64,000 nucleotides of DNA from Basidiobolus meristosporus CBS 931.73 (Eukaryota; Fungi; Basidiobolomycota), in contig MCFE01000097.1 in the NCBI GenBank assembly GCA_002104905.1, forward strand, positions 62,001 to 126,000. Direction: 5' to 3'. Position numbers and translations under genes: made by a program. Shown in pieces: positions 49,886 through 61,982 of this stretch. The number at the start of each line of letters is the position of its first letter. Positions within the stretch are counted from its first letter, which is position 1. A model generated the notes under the pieces. That model was given only the letters and a program-made list of their open reading frames with translations, was not told where the DNA came from and searched no databases.

Positions 49886-52458
49886 TCATTGGCGAGATAT
49901 CATAGGGTCGATGTTTCTGCTTTTCATCCTACGATTCTCGCGCTTCAGCTTTGTGTAGGCTCGATACAGATCTGCACGCTGTAGCACTTGAAAATCGGTT
50001 GAATCAAGACTCACTATAGGTGATTGGCTTGCCGAATCTTGGCTGACTAGGTCCAAGGAGAGGGAAATATTCTGTGAATGTTGCTGGTTGATTGACTGTC
50101 GTTGTGAACGACCTGAGCTTAAAAGCCGATCGGAACGAATCGAGCTAGTTGGGGATTTGCGAGTACGACATGTGGAAAGATCCGCAGGTGATCTGAACTG
50201 ATATTGGCTAATCAAAGGTTCCTGAAGATCATCCAGCTCTGCTTGGCAATGGTGAATCGGTGAGGCTCCAGCATCGGCGAGAAAGCTAGGACTGTCCTGG
50301 GGTTGAGATCCTCGTGAACAATACTCACTGGGGCTGCCTTTACAGCGTAAGGGAGTGGTCGCGTTCTCTCGGGAAGAACCCTGCCTAGAAGACGCATATT
50401 GCTCTATCGAAAAGTATAATGAGCCTTCGAAGCTAAGACTAATTTCGCTTTCTTCTGCCACATCTATCAATTCGGGGGTTAAGGACCTGTGGAATACGCT
50501 AATAAGTGAAAGGTAGTTGAAGTGACTTTGAGAAGAGTTTAAATACCGTATGGGTGATCTGGCCCTGAATTTGATCTCACCACTGGGAGTTGAGGCTTTG
50601 GAGAGCTGCTGTGTCTCCATGATAATGGATAAATCATCCTGCGCTACAGAGCCTGACTTTGGTGATTGATTATACAGAAAACTAGTCGTTTCTGAAACTT
50701 TTTCTGTGCTATCGATGATTTCCTGTATGCTCGGACTTGACAAGTTCTTGTTAGAGAAATTAACCTGGCTTTCAATGTAGCGTGATAGATTTTCAATAGA
50801 AAGCGGATTTCCTTGACAGCATTGGAGCTGGCATAGATGCGAACCAGTGTCGCTCCCTAGAAACAGGACAACAGTTAGTAAAGCATATTGAGGCGTCACA
50901 TATAATGACATACCATCATCACACAATGTGGCAGGAATAGCCTGTTGGCGATGCTTCTGTTGCATGAGCCAGCTTGGCAGGAGAATGGATGTGATTTTTC
51001 GTTTAGGAACATTCAGTACCAAACAGACGCACTTTTGCGTCTCCGCTATACTTGTTTGCACCTCGGACACCTTGAACAACCACAGCTCGGATTGAGGAAG
51101 GATACGCCAATCATTGATGGGCCATTGAGACTCTTGTAAACGGTCAGAAACACTTGCAGTAGGAGAGAATGCCTGTACAGGACCTACCAGTATCTTTAAA
51201 TTCGACGAAGTCGATCAACTCATTCTTTAGTTCAATATTTGATATCAGCATGGATTTTGCTATCAAGTTCTGGTAAAACTTCTTCTCCTTTGGTTTGTCT
51301 ACACGAAGTAATTCGATCTCGGACGTAGTAGCCAAGAGTAATTCATACGCTGACCCAGTCATAGTGTGAAGTCTTTTGGTACTTGCGCTCGAAGGGCGAA
51401 GCGACGTGGCCTGTTGATCAAAAGCTGTCCGGAAATCACGCTTGATAAAAAAAGATTAAAACCAAGTATTGATTCGTGAGGGAATAAGCCAAAGCTACCT
51501 TAGACTTGGTGAATACTGGGGGTGAGTTTGACGGTGACTGGGGGTTGGTCCAGTCTACAGAGGGAGACTCGCATTGTAATGGTTCAGAGGAACTCTTGTT
51601 TGTATTCTGCATACTGGCCTCCTTCTGCACCTCTGCCTCCGCTTCCTCTAACAGTCTCGTATATAGCTCGTCCATTATCTCCTCACTTGAAGGCGAGACG
51701 TATTCGTGATTGGTGGGTTGCGAGTTCTGTGGATACCTTTCTGAATGCTCAGAAAAGTTGATACTAGAGTGTTGTGTTCTTGAAGTGCCAACTGTTTGAT
51801 CGTGAGTTTGCATTCTATCGGCCCTTTCTTGACGAGAGATTAAATTCTCACTAGGGCTGCTAGGTGCTTTCCAGGAACTTCTCCTCACAGGAGTCAGGGA
51901 GGTATAGGAAAGGCGTGTAGGTGTGTCAAACACCGGTAGACTCTTATATTTTGATTTGGGCGTGGACATTATGGGTTCTTGGAAAGAAGACAGGTAGCTT
52001 GGCGTATTGAATTTTGGAAGTTCGTGAGAGTCTAGAGAGCGGTTTGAGGGGGTATTGATTGAAGGCGAGAACATATCTTGGAAAGACTTCTCTCGACGTT
52101 GGGAGGGTGTGTACTCTTGACTGACCTCTTGACTGTTCAGATAGACTTGATTTTCTTCAAAGTATGAGGGCGGTGTCTCGAGGTGGGTACTACTTTCGTC
52201 AGAGCTAGATACGTCTCTCGGAGTTTGAGTAAAGTTTTGGTTACATTCAAGCCAACTAGCATCAATTTTTTCGAAGTTTGAGGTAGTCTCCTTCATCAGG
52301 TCTGTACCAAGAACATTCTCCAGCGGCTCCCAAGTGTCTTCTAAATCACAGTGATTTATGTCACGATCCCATTCAACTAAAAAGTACACTCGTCCTTGAT
52401 AAACTTGCTTCCCCTTCAGTCTCTTGGCCACATATATATCTTGTGGAAGGTCACTCAT
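49886..52458 (-). CDS. Chromodomain protein of roughly 800 aa: N-terminal chromodomain, S/P-rich linker, central globular domain, S-rich tail, terminal coiled coil
   Basis: IYVAKRLKGKQVYQGRVYFLVEW...DTWEPLENV is a chromodomain. ORFs 51436-52458, 51144-51362 and 49886-51079 join through GT-AG introns (KSK|ATSLRP..., KDT|ESQWP...). Confidence 0.8.
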
Positions 52459-53657
52459 ATATACACAATAACAAGCTTGAAGAAGTGACTTACGGTGCTG
52501 CTCAATATCAATAAAGACTTCGAAAATTGATGACTATTTACATTTCACTGGTTGAACTGACCAATCCTGTGCGTCAATATAATTGTATTTACCTTAATAT
52601 TATAAACCTCCATTTATTTATTCTACATGTTTGGTCCATTTACAGGAGCCAATTTTAACACCCAGTACACCATCTTACGATATCTCGACTATTTTTGTTG
52701 GGCCTTCTCACTTTTGCCAGCATGGTATATGAATTCCCCCGAGAATATGCCTGCATTCAGTAAAGTCATATTCCTTATTCAACAAATCATGTCTGTGCTA
52801 GTATAGCTAGAAAAGTCCAGTACTTTTATTTATACCTCCAAAATTCCCATTGCTAAGAGAATATTTTGTGATACCACCAATAATTAGATATAATAGCATT
52901 TAATTTCCCTTTAGTCAAAATGAATATTTGATAATGTATCTACAACTACACATATGTCTTTTAACTCAATGCATCATGTAGAAACCATACTTGTAATATC
53001 TCCACATCGCTTCCAAGTCCCCATTCCACTTGGATCAGTGCTAAGGATTTTATTAAATTATCGGTGAAATATCCCTTAGCTCGCAATTTACTCCATATAC
53101 ACTTCATGTACAAGGTACGAACCAGAGTCATAAGCAGCATAGAATTTATGGATATAAAATTGTAATCAATCAATATAGTACCTACTTGTTCATATTTCTG
53201 ATCTCCTCTATCGTAGATATCTTGGATATCAAATTTCGTAAGATACTATTTTCAGTTCTTCAAATTGTAGAAACAGGGAAATGTTAGAAAATCTTGAAAG
53301 TTGTATAAATAGCCCCCAAGCTTTGCGCATCTCTTTCCATTAACGTTCACCAAGATAATATTCCTTAAAAAGCTCTATATAATTACTCTACTGTTGCTCA
53401 ATAAATCTACAAATGAAGAGTACTCTCTGCTAATTATCACCAAATCCTTGGCTTATGACAAGTTGCCTACCATTAGCAGAACATATTGATAATAGACCAT
53501 TGTAGCTTTTAGCAAATATGCCAACAACAACAGTAAAGAATTATGAATGAAAATTTGTATATTGAGTTCTAATAAAGTTATGCAATATTACATCTGGATC
53601 TTCTATATCCCCTGGATGTATAGTATTCCAGTATTATCCATTTATAAAATGTTCGAG

Positions 53658-55068
53658 TTACAATTGAATCTCCGCTGCCTCTAGCACGCACCTTCGCAAC
53701 TCATTGATTCCTTTCTTTTTTCGCGCACTTACACTAAGGAGAACGGGTACACAAGAACGAGTCTTGATTTTTTTGATCAGGTAGCTCTGCACCTGCCGCT
53801 TGGTATTACCAATCTCCACTTGCTTGGCTTTGTCCTGCTTCGTAAGAATAATCTGAAGAGACGTTAAGGTTTAGAAGGAGAAACGGAAACCATTTCTTAA
53901 GGCAAGCGGGTGAACATCGGGGTTACCTGGTATGGAACTGCCAGCTTCTCCAAGACTCCAATAAGTTCTTTGTCACTGCCCTTCAAGCTATGCTCACAAT
54001 TGACCAGCAGAAATACCCTACGCAATCTACGGAAACGAGCAATAATTTAGACTCTGATCCTGAAAGATTAATACTCGAACTTCCTACAAAGAGCGATCCT
54101 TGAAATAATTCCATATCATGCGTCGCCAGTCGTCGCGACACCCGTGTCCATATCCAGGCATATCGGTAAGAACCAATTGATCGCTCACCCTGAAAAAGTT
54201 CAGAAGTTTTGTATGGCCCTGGTGGTTAATGCAAGTGTAAGTATCGAAACAAGAACGCGTGATTTATGTAGTATTACCGGCTTGCTGGAGGTTTTGACGA
54301 GGGAATTGCGGTTTACTAGAGCATTAATCAACGAGGATTTCTAACGATATGTAACATTAATTTGCATTCCTTCACCCAAATCAGATATTTGAGTCCTCCT
54401 ACCCCAACATTACTCCTGCCGATAAAGGCTACCTCCGGAAGTTCAGTGTTTTGAAGTTGATTGATTTTGACTGCTGATTGAATGAATATAGCAGGTTTAC
54501 GGAAGAGGCTCTCGAGCAGCTTTTCCTCTGTTGACGAAACTTCTTTGATAGGATTGAAGGTTTCCACCAGACTTCTCTCGATCGGCACAGGAGGAAGCTC
54601 CTTTGCTAGTTTTGCAAAGGAGATCCCGTAGCTGTTTCTAGGAGCACTGGAAGTTGCAACTACCCTGTTGGTTTTCACGTCGCTTTTAGCTTGTGCTCCT
54701 TTGGTACCAGAAGTCAGTTTGTAGCCAACTGTGGTAGGTCTTTGTGCTGGAGTTTTGGATGGTGGTTTTCTTGACCTAGCAGTTGTCTGGCCTTTACTCT
54801 TTGCGCTTTGAACTGGTTTTCTGTTGGGTGCTTGTGTACTATTAAGAGTGCGAGGAGCGCTCCTGGGAAGGGTTTTTTTGGAGCTTGCTTCTCTCCGGTT
54901 GGGGAATCTAGGCTTCTCTTTCGTCAAGGAGCCGCCCTTTCTTGCTTGGGCAATGAGGCAGGTACCCAAATTCCTGACGTTTTCTGCGTGAGGTGAGCGA
55001 ACGGAGAATAGGTTTCTGGCATTTATACATACACCTCTTGCGGCTATGTTTGAATAGAGTTGAAACAT
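53658..55068 (-). CDS. EngB/YihA-family GTPase (GTPBP8/MRX8-like), likely mitochondrial, multi-exon
   Basis: LPEVAFIGRSNVG (G1), DMPGYG (G3), LTKQDK (G4) and SVSARKKKGINELR. Long basic N-terminal extension. Confidence 0.9.
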
Positions 55069-56535
55069 ACTAAGGTCGAGGATTCACCTCAGTCAGAAAT
55101 CCATCCAAAAGAAAATAAGATGTTATTTCATGAAGCGAATTTTTTGAATCCGTCCTTTACAGCAGGAACAAATCGTATACTAAGTTATCCCACTGTTAAT
55201 TTTCATCCAAATTGCAAGGGGTTGAATCCATGTAGCACTAATTAGATATGCACCAATTATCTTCGTACTAACAGGGTTTAAAAGGTTTACTGGCTGATTA
55301 CGAAAGACCTTCCGTCTTTTGCTAGCAAGACCTGGCAACTTGAGGTAGTTGCTACAGGCCTTCTGTTGGCACACTGAACTGAGGGCCTTTCTTGGAAGGC
55401 TCCTTGGCTCTTGTGGACGGTAAAGTAAAATATTGATTTCGCGAAATACTCAGGGCCTCTAAAACATTTCTAGCATTGAAGCTGCAGGCAGTATACCTTT
55501 CGCACATTCTTTTTTCGAGTTTGCTTCGTGATGGGTAACGTTGAAAGAATGAGCCGATCTCGGAGCAATAGTTCCCTTTTTCACTTGTCTGCATGTCGCT
55601 CTTAATCGTACACGTGATGCCAGACACCAGAATACCTAAAAGAATGTGTTTGCAAATTCTAAACTCTCTAAGAACCATATGGTCAACTTAGCAATATCTT
55701 CAACAGAACTTCGAACAGCATAATCACATGGCAGGATTTTGTTTGAATGAAAGTTCATTCATCCAAGGGTTGTAAACTTCGAGCCAGCTCTCTACTCCAG
55801 TGCCATATTGAATCAGTAGTCAAACATAGGGGATAGTATCACCGTGCATGCAATTTCATCATATTGATTCTAGGCCAGTATATAATAATCAGTGTTTATC
55901 TCGTTGCCAAAGGCCAGTACACAGACATAGGGATAGGCTTGGTAAATTAGTTGGCATGAAGTGGCAAGATAGCCGGTATGTTGTACTGAATCCCTAGTTG
56001 CGTGTTATATGGACTGTAGCCTTTCAATGATTTACATTTAGTGAGGTTGCAGGCCATGAGTTGTAACTAGCTTCAAGCATGCCGTTTGTTTAGAGTCTAT
56101 TGACGTTAATTTTGGCTAGCATACTGCACCATAGCTGGCTCCAATTATAGACCAGGTTTCATCACAGAGACTACGAACGGATCTAAACAACCATAAAGCT
56201 CTTCTATGTGTTTTGTAGGACGGTAGATCATCAAAGACTAACACCACTCATTCCTAAGTTTTGTACAGCAGATGTTTGCATGTTGCATGCTTACCGGGGA
56301 TCTGCGTTTTGATGATTATGGGAAACGGAAAATCCCTTGGTGGTTGGATTTGGCGGGAATATATTCGAAACACAATAATCAATCTCACTCCAATATGGAC
56401 TTGCGTGCCTGGACAGCATGCTAAGTATTTAATTAGCCCGTTTCTCGATAAACTGATCACGGCTTGATTCCAATTTAAGCTTGTTAACCCTTTACTTTCT
56501 TAACCCCCATTTTAAAACTTGGTTGAATAGTAAGA

Positions 56536-57397
56536 ATGAGAGTTGCCATAACCTTAACATTCATTGTTACCCTATTCACGTCCCAAATCCTCCTCGTAAG
56601 TGGCGACAATGGTAGGTTTCATAGATCGATATAGCTGCAACAGAATGCTGATCTAGAGAAATCTAGTGGAGAAGTGCTTTTCTCACTGTAGGGAAAAGAG
56701 TGACAGTCAGTTAGTGTCTTGTGCTACTGATTGCATTGGTGTGCCTAACCCATCCCCGGAAGATAGTATGTATCTGATTACTGGTGAATGAATGGATAGC
56801 CATGCTAAATTTAAGCTTCTAGTCAAGCGGACTACGGAGTGCACCAAGAAGTGTGGCAGCAATGTCAACTGTCATATTGGATGTATCCGTGACTATTTCC
56901 AAAAGGGAAGTACTGGCGGTGCCTATACCAATGAACATGGTGGAAAAGACCATTCCAATAAAGACACGAAGAAGCCCGCTAATGAGAAGGAATCCAAACA
57001 TTCATCATCCACTGAAACCAAACCTACCAAAAGTGGTCACGAACAACCTCGACCCGAGAAAGAAACCAAGATGTCCACCGAGGTACCCAAAAGCTCTGTA
57101 AGTAACCACAATACATCGGTTATTGCTGTGGCCTCCCCTACGAAAACGGTCGATGTTACTAGTACATCCCTCACCACCATAACCACGTCGTCTTCCTCGG
57201 TTCCTTTCTCGGTCCCTTCTGTCGGGTTTCCATTTGCTACCGCATTTCCCTCCAGTAGACTGCCGTTCTCCTCCTACTCGTCATCTAGACCGATCAAGAC
57301 TGGAACACGAAGCGCGAGTGTTGGGAATCTCAACCTGATTCCCATCATTCCAAGCTTCCTGATACCTTGGATTTGTTATCGGGAGTTTACCGCGTAA
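56536..57397 (+). CDS. Secreted or cell-surface protein: signal peptide, two Cys4 helical repeats, Ser/Thr stalk, hydrophobic tail; 3 exons
   Basis: Spliced MRVAITLTFIVTLFTSQILLVSGDN|VEKCFSHCREKSDSQLVSCATDCIGVPNPSPED|IKRTTECTKKCGSNVNCHIGCIRDYF. The ORF track's MDSHAKF start lies in an intron. Confidence 0.75.
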
Positions 57398-58073
57398 CAA
57401 AGTATTCGAATCTTGTATTAACCTTTTAGATATACTTTGATATACATCGATACATCAGATAGCTTGTGTAATCCAGAATAAACCCTCACAAGCTATGTCA
57501 GTTAAAATAGAACTGGGTGAGAGGCATTGGATGGAAAATCTATTCATGGGTGATGTTTTGCAGAAATGTTGGCAAAACTCTGCCAACCAGGGCACACAAG
57601 AACCCAAATAATTGTCAGGGAACCTAGCCTATCTCAAAACCGCACAAATTGCAACTTGATATCCTGAGTTTGATGATGGCTATAATTACATGTGGCGTGG
57701 TGCTCTGACCGAAAGGAATTGAAAAATAGCAATGCCGAGGGAAGCGACCCTGGACGTTGTTAATTTAGTGCCCGATCGTTATCAATCCGAAGGTTTCTAC
57801 TGTCACTATGTAGTGCTATTTTAGCGAGGTTGGCTCGTATTGCTTATTAACTACATTTGCATTGTCATTCGATGAACCAGTCAGGTTGAGTTCTTATTTG
57901 AGCAGAGTAATCTAATCAAAGGAAATGGTAATTGGCATGCTCTTACGACTATACTTCATAGAAATATGGTTTCTCTTTCAAAAATAACTTCATCCTACTG
58001 CCTCTGGTAAGAAGTATAAATATGTTGTTGGGAAGCACCTGTAAACTCAAACCAACCTTCTACTATTTGAAAC

Positions 58074-59048
58074 ATGCAACCTAAAGCAATCCTCCTGGCG
58101 TGCGCTGTTCTCCTAAGTCTGTCCAACTCGGTAGCAGCTCAGGGTACAACCTCCACTATCAACGGAAGCACTGTGATTAGCACCAGCTCAAGTATTGGGC
58201 AGTCCGCGACAGGTACTACTTCAAGTACCACTACCTCTACTGGTTCACCTACGTCAAGTCTCTCCACCATACCTCCGAGCACTACCACTACCTCAGTCCC
58301 TGGAACAACGGGTACTTCGGTCATTCCCGGATCTACAGTAGTATCGACCGCCCCAGGTGGGACTTCGTTAACCACCCTTCCTGACTCTACGATAACCAGT
58401 ACTGCGGTGACATCTAGCACAGTTTCTTCTCCAATTATCGTGACCCCTTCAACAACCACCACCAACATGGTATCTACCAATACTGTAGTTTCACCAACTA
58501 CCACTATTTCCCAAGTCACTTCGGTGATTACTCCGGTAACTACAACGGTATTTTCAACTGTAGCAACACAAACTTTATACTCTGGTACAGAGACCTGCGC
58601 TGTACCCACCACTGCTGTAGTAACCCCATGCGTGACCAGCACACCGACAAAATGCAAGCCTACGAAGCGACCAACACCTACTGATGACTGTGATGACGAC
58701 CACAAGGATAAACACAAGAATGATGATGATGATGATGATGATAGCGATTGTGACGATCATAGCGATCATGACAAGCCCAAGCCCAAGCCGGAGCCAAGTG
58801 GTGACGATGACTGCGACGATGACCATGAGAAGAGCAAGCCTAAACCCAAGCCAAAGCCAAACAGTGACGATGATGACTGTGATGACGACAACACTAACAA
58901 AAAGAAGGGGAAATGGTGCAAGCATGGAGCATTGGAATGTGTAGGTGACAACTATCGCCAGTGCATCGATGGCAAATGGGTCAAGAAAAACTGCAGTACA
59001 GGATCAAAGTGTTGCAAATTGTCGGGAGTTTCGGTCATCTGTGCTTAA
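58074..59048 (+). CDS. Secreted mucin-like protein with Asp/Lys-Pro repeats and a C-terminal CBM19-like Cys module
   Basis: Signal peptide and about 170 aa of Thr/Ser/Val. Three DDCDD blocks alternate with KPKP, followed by WCKHGALECVGDNYRQCIDGKWVKKNCSTGSKC. TATA gtataaata at about 58015. Confidence 0.88.
   Translation: MQPKAILLACAVLLSLSNSVAAQGTTSTINGSTVISTSSSIGQSATGTTSSTTTSTGSPTSSLSTIPPSTTTTSVPGTTGTSVIPGSTVVSTAPGGTSLTTLPDSTITSTAVTSSTVSSPIIVTPSTTTTNMVSTNTVVSPTTTISQVTSVITPVTTTVFSTVATQTLYSGTETCAVPTTAVVTPCVTSTPTKCKPTKRPTPTDDCDDDHKDKHKNDDDDDDDSDCDDHSDHDKPKPKPEPSGDDDCDDDHEKSKPKPKPKPNSDDDDCDDDNTNKKKGKWCKHGALECVGDNYRQCIDGKWVKKNCSTGSKCCKLSGVSVICA
58722..58743 (+). repeat. (GAT)n trinucleotide run encoding poly-Asp
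   Basis: tgatgatgatgatgatgatgat within the CDS. Confidence 0.9.
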
Positions 59049-60248
59049 GCCTGTTAGAAGGACCAAGTAATGAGCTAAAGTATCGAAGTTGATCTATGAT
59101 ACTACGATTCCCTGAATATCTGTCAACTATAAGAAGTAGTAACAATAAACCTGAGCTTGAACTGAATCCCAATATGGCTACCTGGAAGTAGTCATTGTGA
59201 CATATGTGTCTATTCAAGATTGCACTCGCTGCATAATGGTCGGTGCTGTGCGAGTTACTACCTCGATGAGGTGGATAGAACCACGCTGAAATGAATTTGA
59301 TTCAAATCCCATGTATATAGGTGGGGATAAGCGTTCAAATCTCAGATCTTGTCAATTTTTTGAATATTTATTTGATGTCTATGGGTGCAAGGATATTTAC
59401 CTTCGCTAGCCAGATGTTTCTTGCGCAGCATATCAGATGGCATAACTATCCTCACTCCACCACACTTTGTACACCATGGGTTCCTGTAGTGTACCCACAA
59501 GGATTTCCAAAACGGACCAGGCATTTTTCCAGGCGAACTGTAGTTGAAGGATGTTTTGTGTCACACCCATTGGTGACATAAAGGGCTTTTATGGCACTAT
59601 TACTACACGTTAGGCTACACCAGTTCATTTCCCTCCATTATTTCCCAAACTCGTATTCAAAAAACAGACTCACTCCTAACCAATATTATCGTGGCCAAGT
59701 TGATCAGGCTTTCTTATTTGTTCAATGGCAAAATCAGTACAGAAACACTTCTTCAGTGGTGGAATTGTTAGTCATTATCCTTGTAAAGAGTTTTCCGCCA
59801 GCATAGCCAAGAGTATCGGGATTGTAGTACTGAATGAACTAATCATCAGCGATATATGCCCCACATGCTTATTTCAATTAGAACTGGTAATTACTGTTCA
59901 AGGGCTAATTTGGGGTATAGAATTCTATACCATAATCAAGATTATTCCTGATTATTGTTCTAATTCGAACTGAGTCACCTTTATTGGCCACATTTTATCG
60001 AAACACAGTCTGCGCTTACTCTAAATGACTCTCTAAAAAGGCATCGCACTCAAACAATGTAGTACCATACATCAAATCAAGCAGGTCAGTGAAATTCTAC
60101 TATAGGTGAAGTCTACTGGTTTAATACACACCTAATCAGTAAATCTTACTCTCATCTACGGTTCATGTTACTTTCGCCTCTGGAACTCACTCTCCAAAGT
60201 CTCCATTGCTCCCCTTACTCCGTTTGTTCTCTGTTCTATTAACCGATA

Positions 60249-61982
60249 ATGTCTACTCCAGAGTATCACGAGGTTACCGAGCATCTAACAAACCTAATAG
60301 AAATAGATGGTCTCGAAGTTCCAGAACTGACAACGGATAGTGATCTCGAAGCAGACCTTAATATGAACATCCTGAAAGATTATGAGGATCTAATGACCTT
60401 GCGAGATGATATATGCTATTCGACTGAAAACCAGCGGGGTTGCAAGCAATTCAGGTACAATGTCTTGGAGCAGTATCTGAATAAGAAGCCTCACCCCGCT
60501 AGCACGATGCGTCGCCGTGACACTCTGAGCTCCCTTAAGAAACGTCAGGTAATCAGGAAAAATGAATTTCAAGCTTGGGGTTCATTCCTTATTAATATAT
60601 ACTAGTTACAGAGTGGACCGGAAGTACTTGAACGCTTCACTTTGTACTCTGCTGAGACGGGGGTTATCAAAGGTCAGTTTTTGTCCCAGCTCTCCACGGA
60701 GGGGAATTCCCTGATAGACGTCATTCAGAGAGGGAACTTTTGGATCGACGTCCTTAGTCCGACAAACGAGGAAATTCATATACTCAGCAAAGTAAGTGGA
60801 TTCTAGCCCAACAACGCAGGCTATCCTTACTAACTTCAAGATAGGTGTTCAACATTCACCCACTCACGACCGAAGACATCATGGAGCTGGAGGCACGGGA
60901 GAAATTCGAGCTCTTTCCAAACTATTACTTTGTGTGCTTCCGTACATTCGATCAGGACATGAACAGTGATACGTATTTGAATCCAATCAACATCTACAAT
61001 ATCGTGATGCCTGAGGGAGTGATTACAGTGAGTCTTCTAGGATCATACTACGCCTGAATTGGTTACTAAGCGAGTTTTCCTCAAATTCAGTACTATTTCA
61101 AGCCAACCCCACACTCACAAAACGTCCTCAAGCGTATTCAGAGCCTTCAAGATTACATCGAAGTCAAGCCAGGTTTGATAATGTTCGCAACAGTAGTCAA
61201 TCCGTTTTTTACGTACCAACATTTTACTTGATTGGCTGTAGATTGGATCAATTATGCGATTGTAGACGATGTCACGGATGCATTTGAGCCAAGGATAGAG
61301 AACGTGGAACTCGAAAGCAACTCGATTGATGAGTTGGTACTGATCTTGAAACAGTCGGAGCAATCGGATATGCTACGCAGAATAGGTCAAGCTCGCAAGA
61401 ATGTCATGGGCCTTCTTCGCCTTTTGGGACCCAAAGCTGATGTTGTAGGGCGTCTGATCAAACGTTACAGTGACAAACCTAGCTCCCACGCTACAGGAGA
61501 TGATATTCCTTTGTATTTAGGGGATATTCAGGGTAGGTTACCAAATAGGCAGTCCAGGAAGCGGCATGGGCTAACAGTTCACCTCGTAATTCAGACCACA
61601 TCTTGACTATGCTGCAGAGCGTCAACCATCACGAGAAGATCCTCTCTAGAGCACATGCGAATTATCTGGCCCAAATCTCCATTGAGATCACCCAAACCCA
61701 GAACGCAACAAATGATGTGATTGCCAAGATGACCTTCGTGGCATCTTTCCTTGTCCCCATGAACATCGTCACTGGTAATATAGCCCATCCTTTGCCACTA
61801 GCCACCTGCTGACACTAACCCTGTCGACCATAGGTTTGTTTGGGATGAATGTGAAAGTCCCGCACCAAACCGACCCAGAAGCAATCGGGGAGCCAGTTTG
61901 GCCTTTCTATAGTATTGTGGCCTTCTTGGCGGCCATGGGGATGATGTTCTATTTTGTCGCTCGGTGGTTTAAACTAATTTAA
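60249..61982 (+). CDS. CorA-family Mg2+ transporter (ALR1/MNR2-like), multi-exon
   Basis: FWIDVLSPTNEEI, FNIHPLTTEDI, REKFELFPNYYFVCFR, DWINYAIVDDVTDAF, LYLGDIQ|DHILTM, EKILSRAHANYLAQISIE, NIVT|GLFGMNVKVP. Confidence 0.94.

Noticed and set aside
52500-53650. AT-rich block between the chromodomain and EngB genes
   Set aside because: No terminal repeats, target-site duplication or transposase/RT motifs seen, so no element can be called.
58139-58951. 192-aa Val-rich antisense ORF and other overlapping frames
   Set aside because: ACN (Thr) and GAY (Asp) codon runs on the sense strand leave the antisense frames free of stops.
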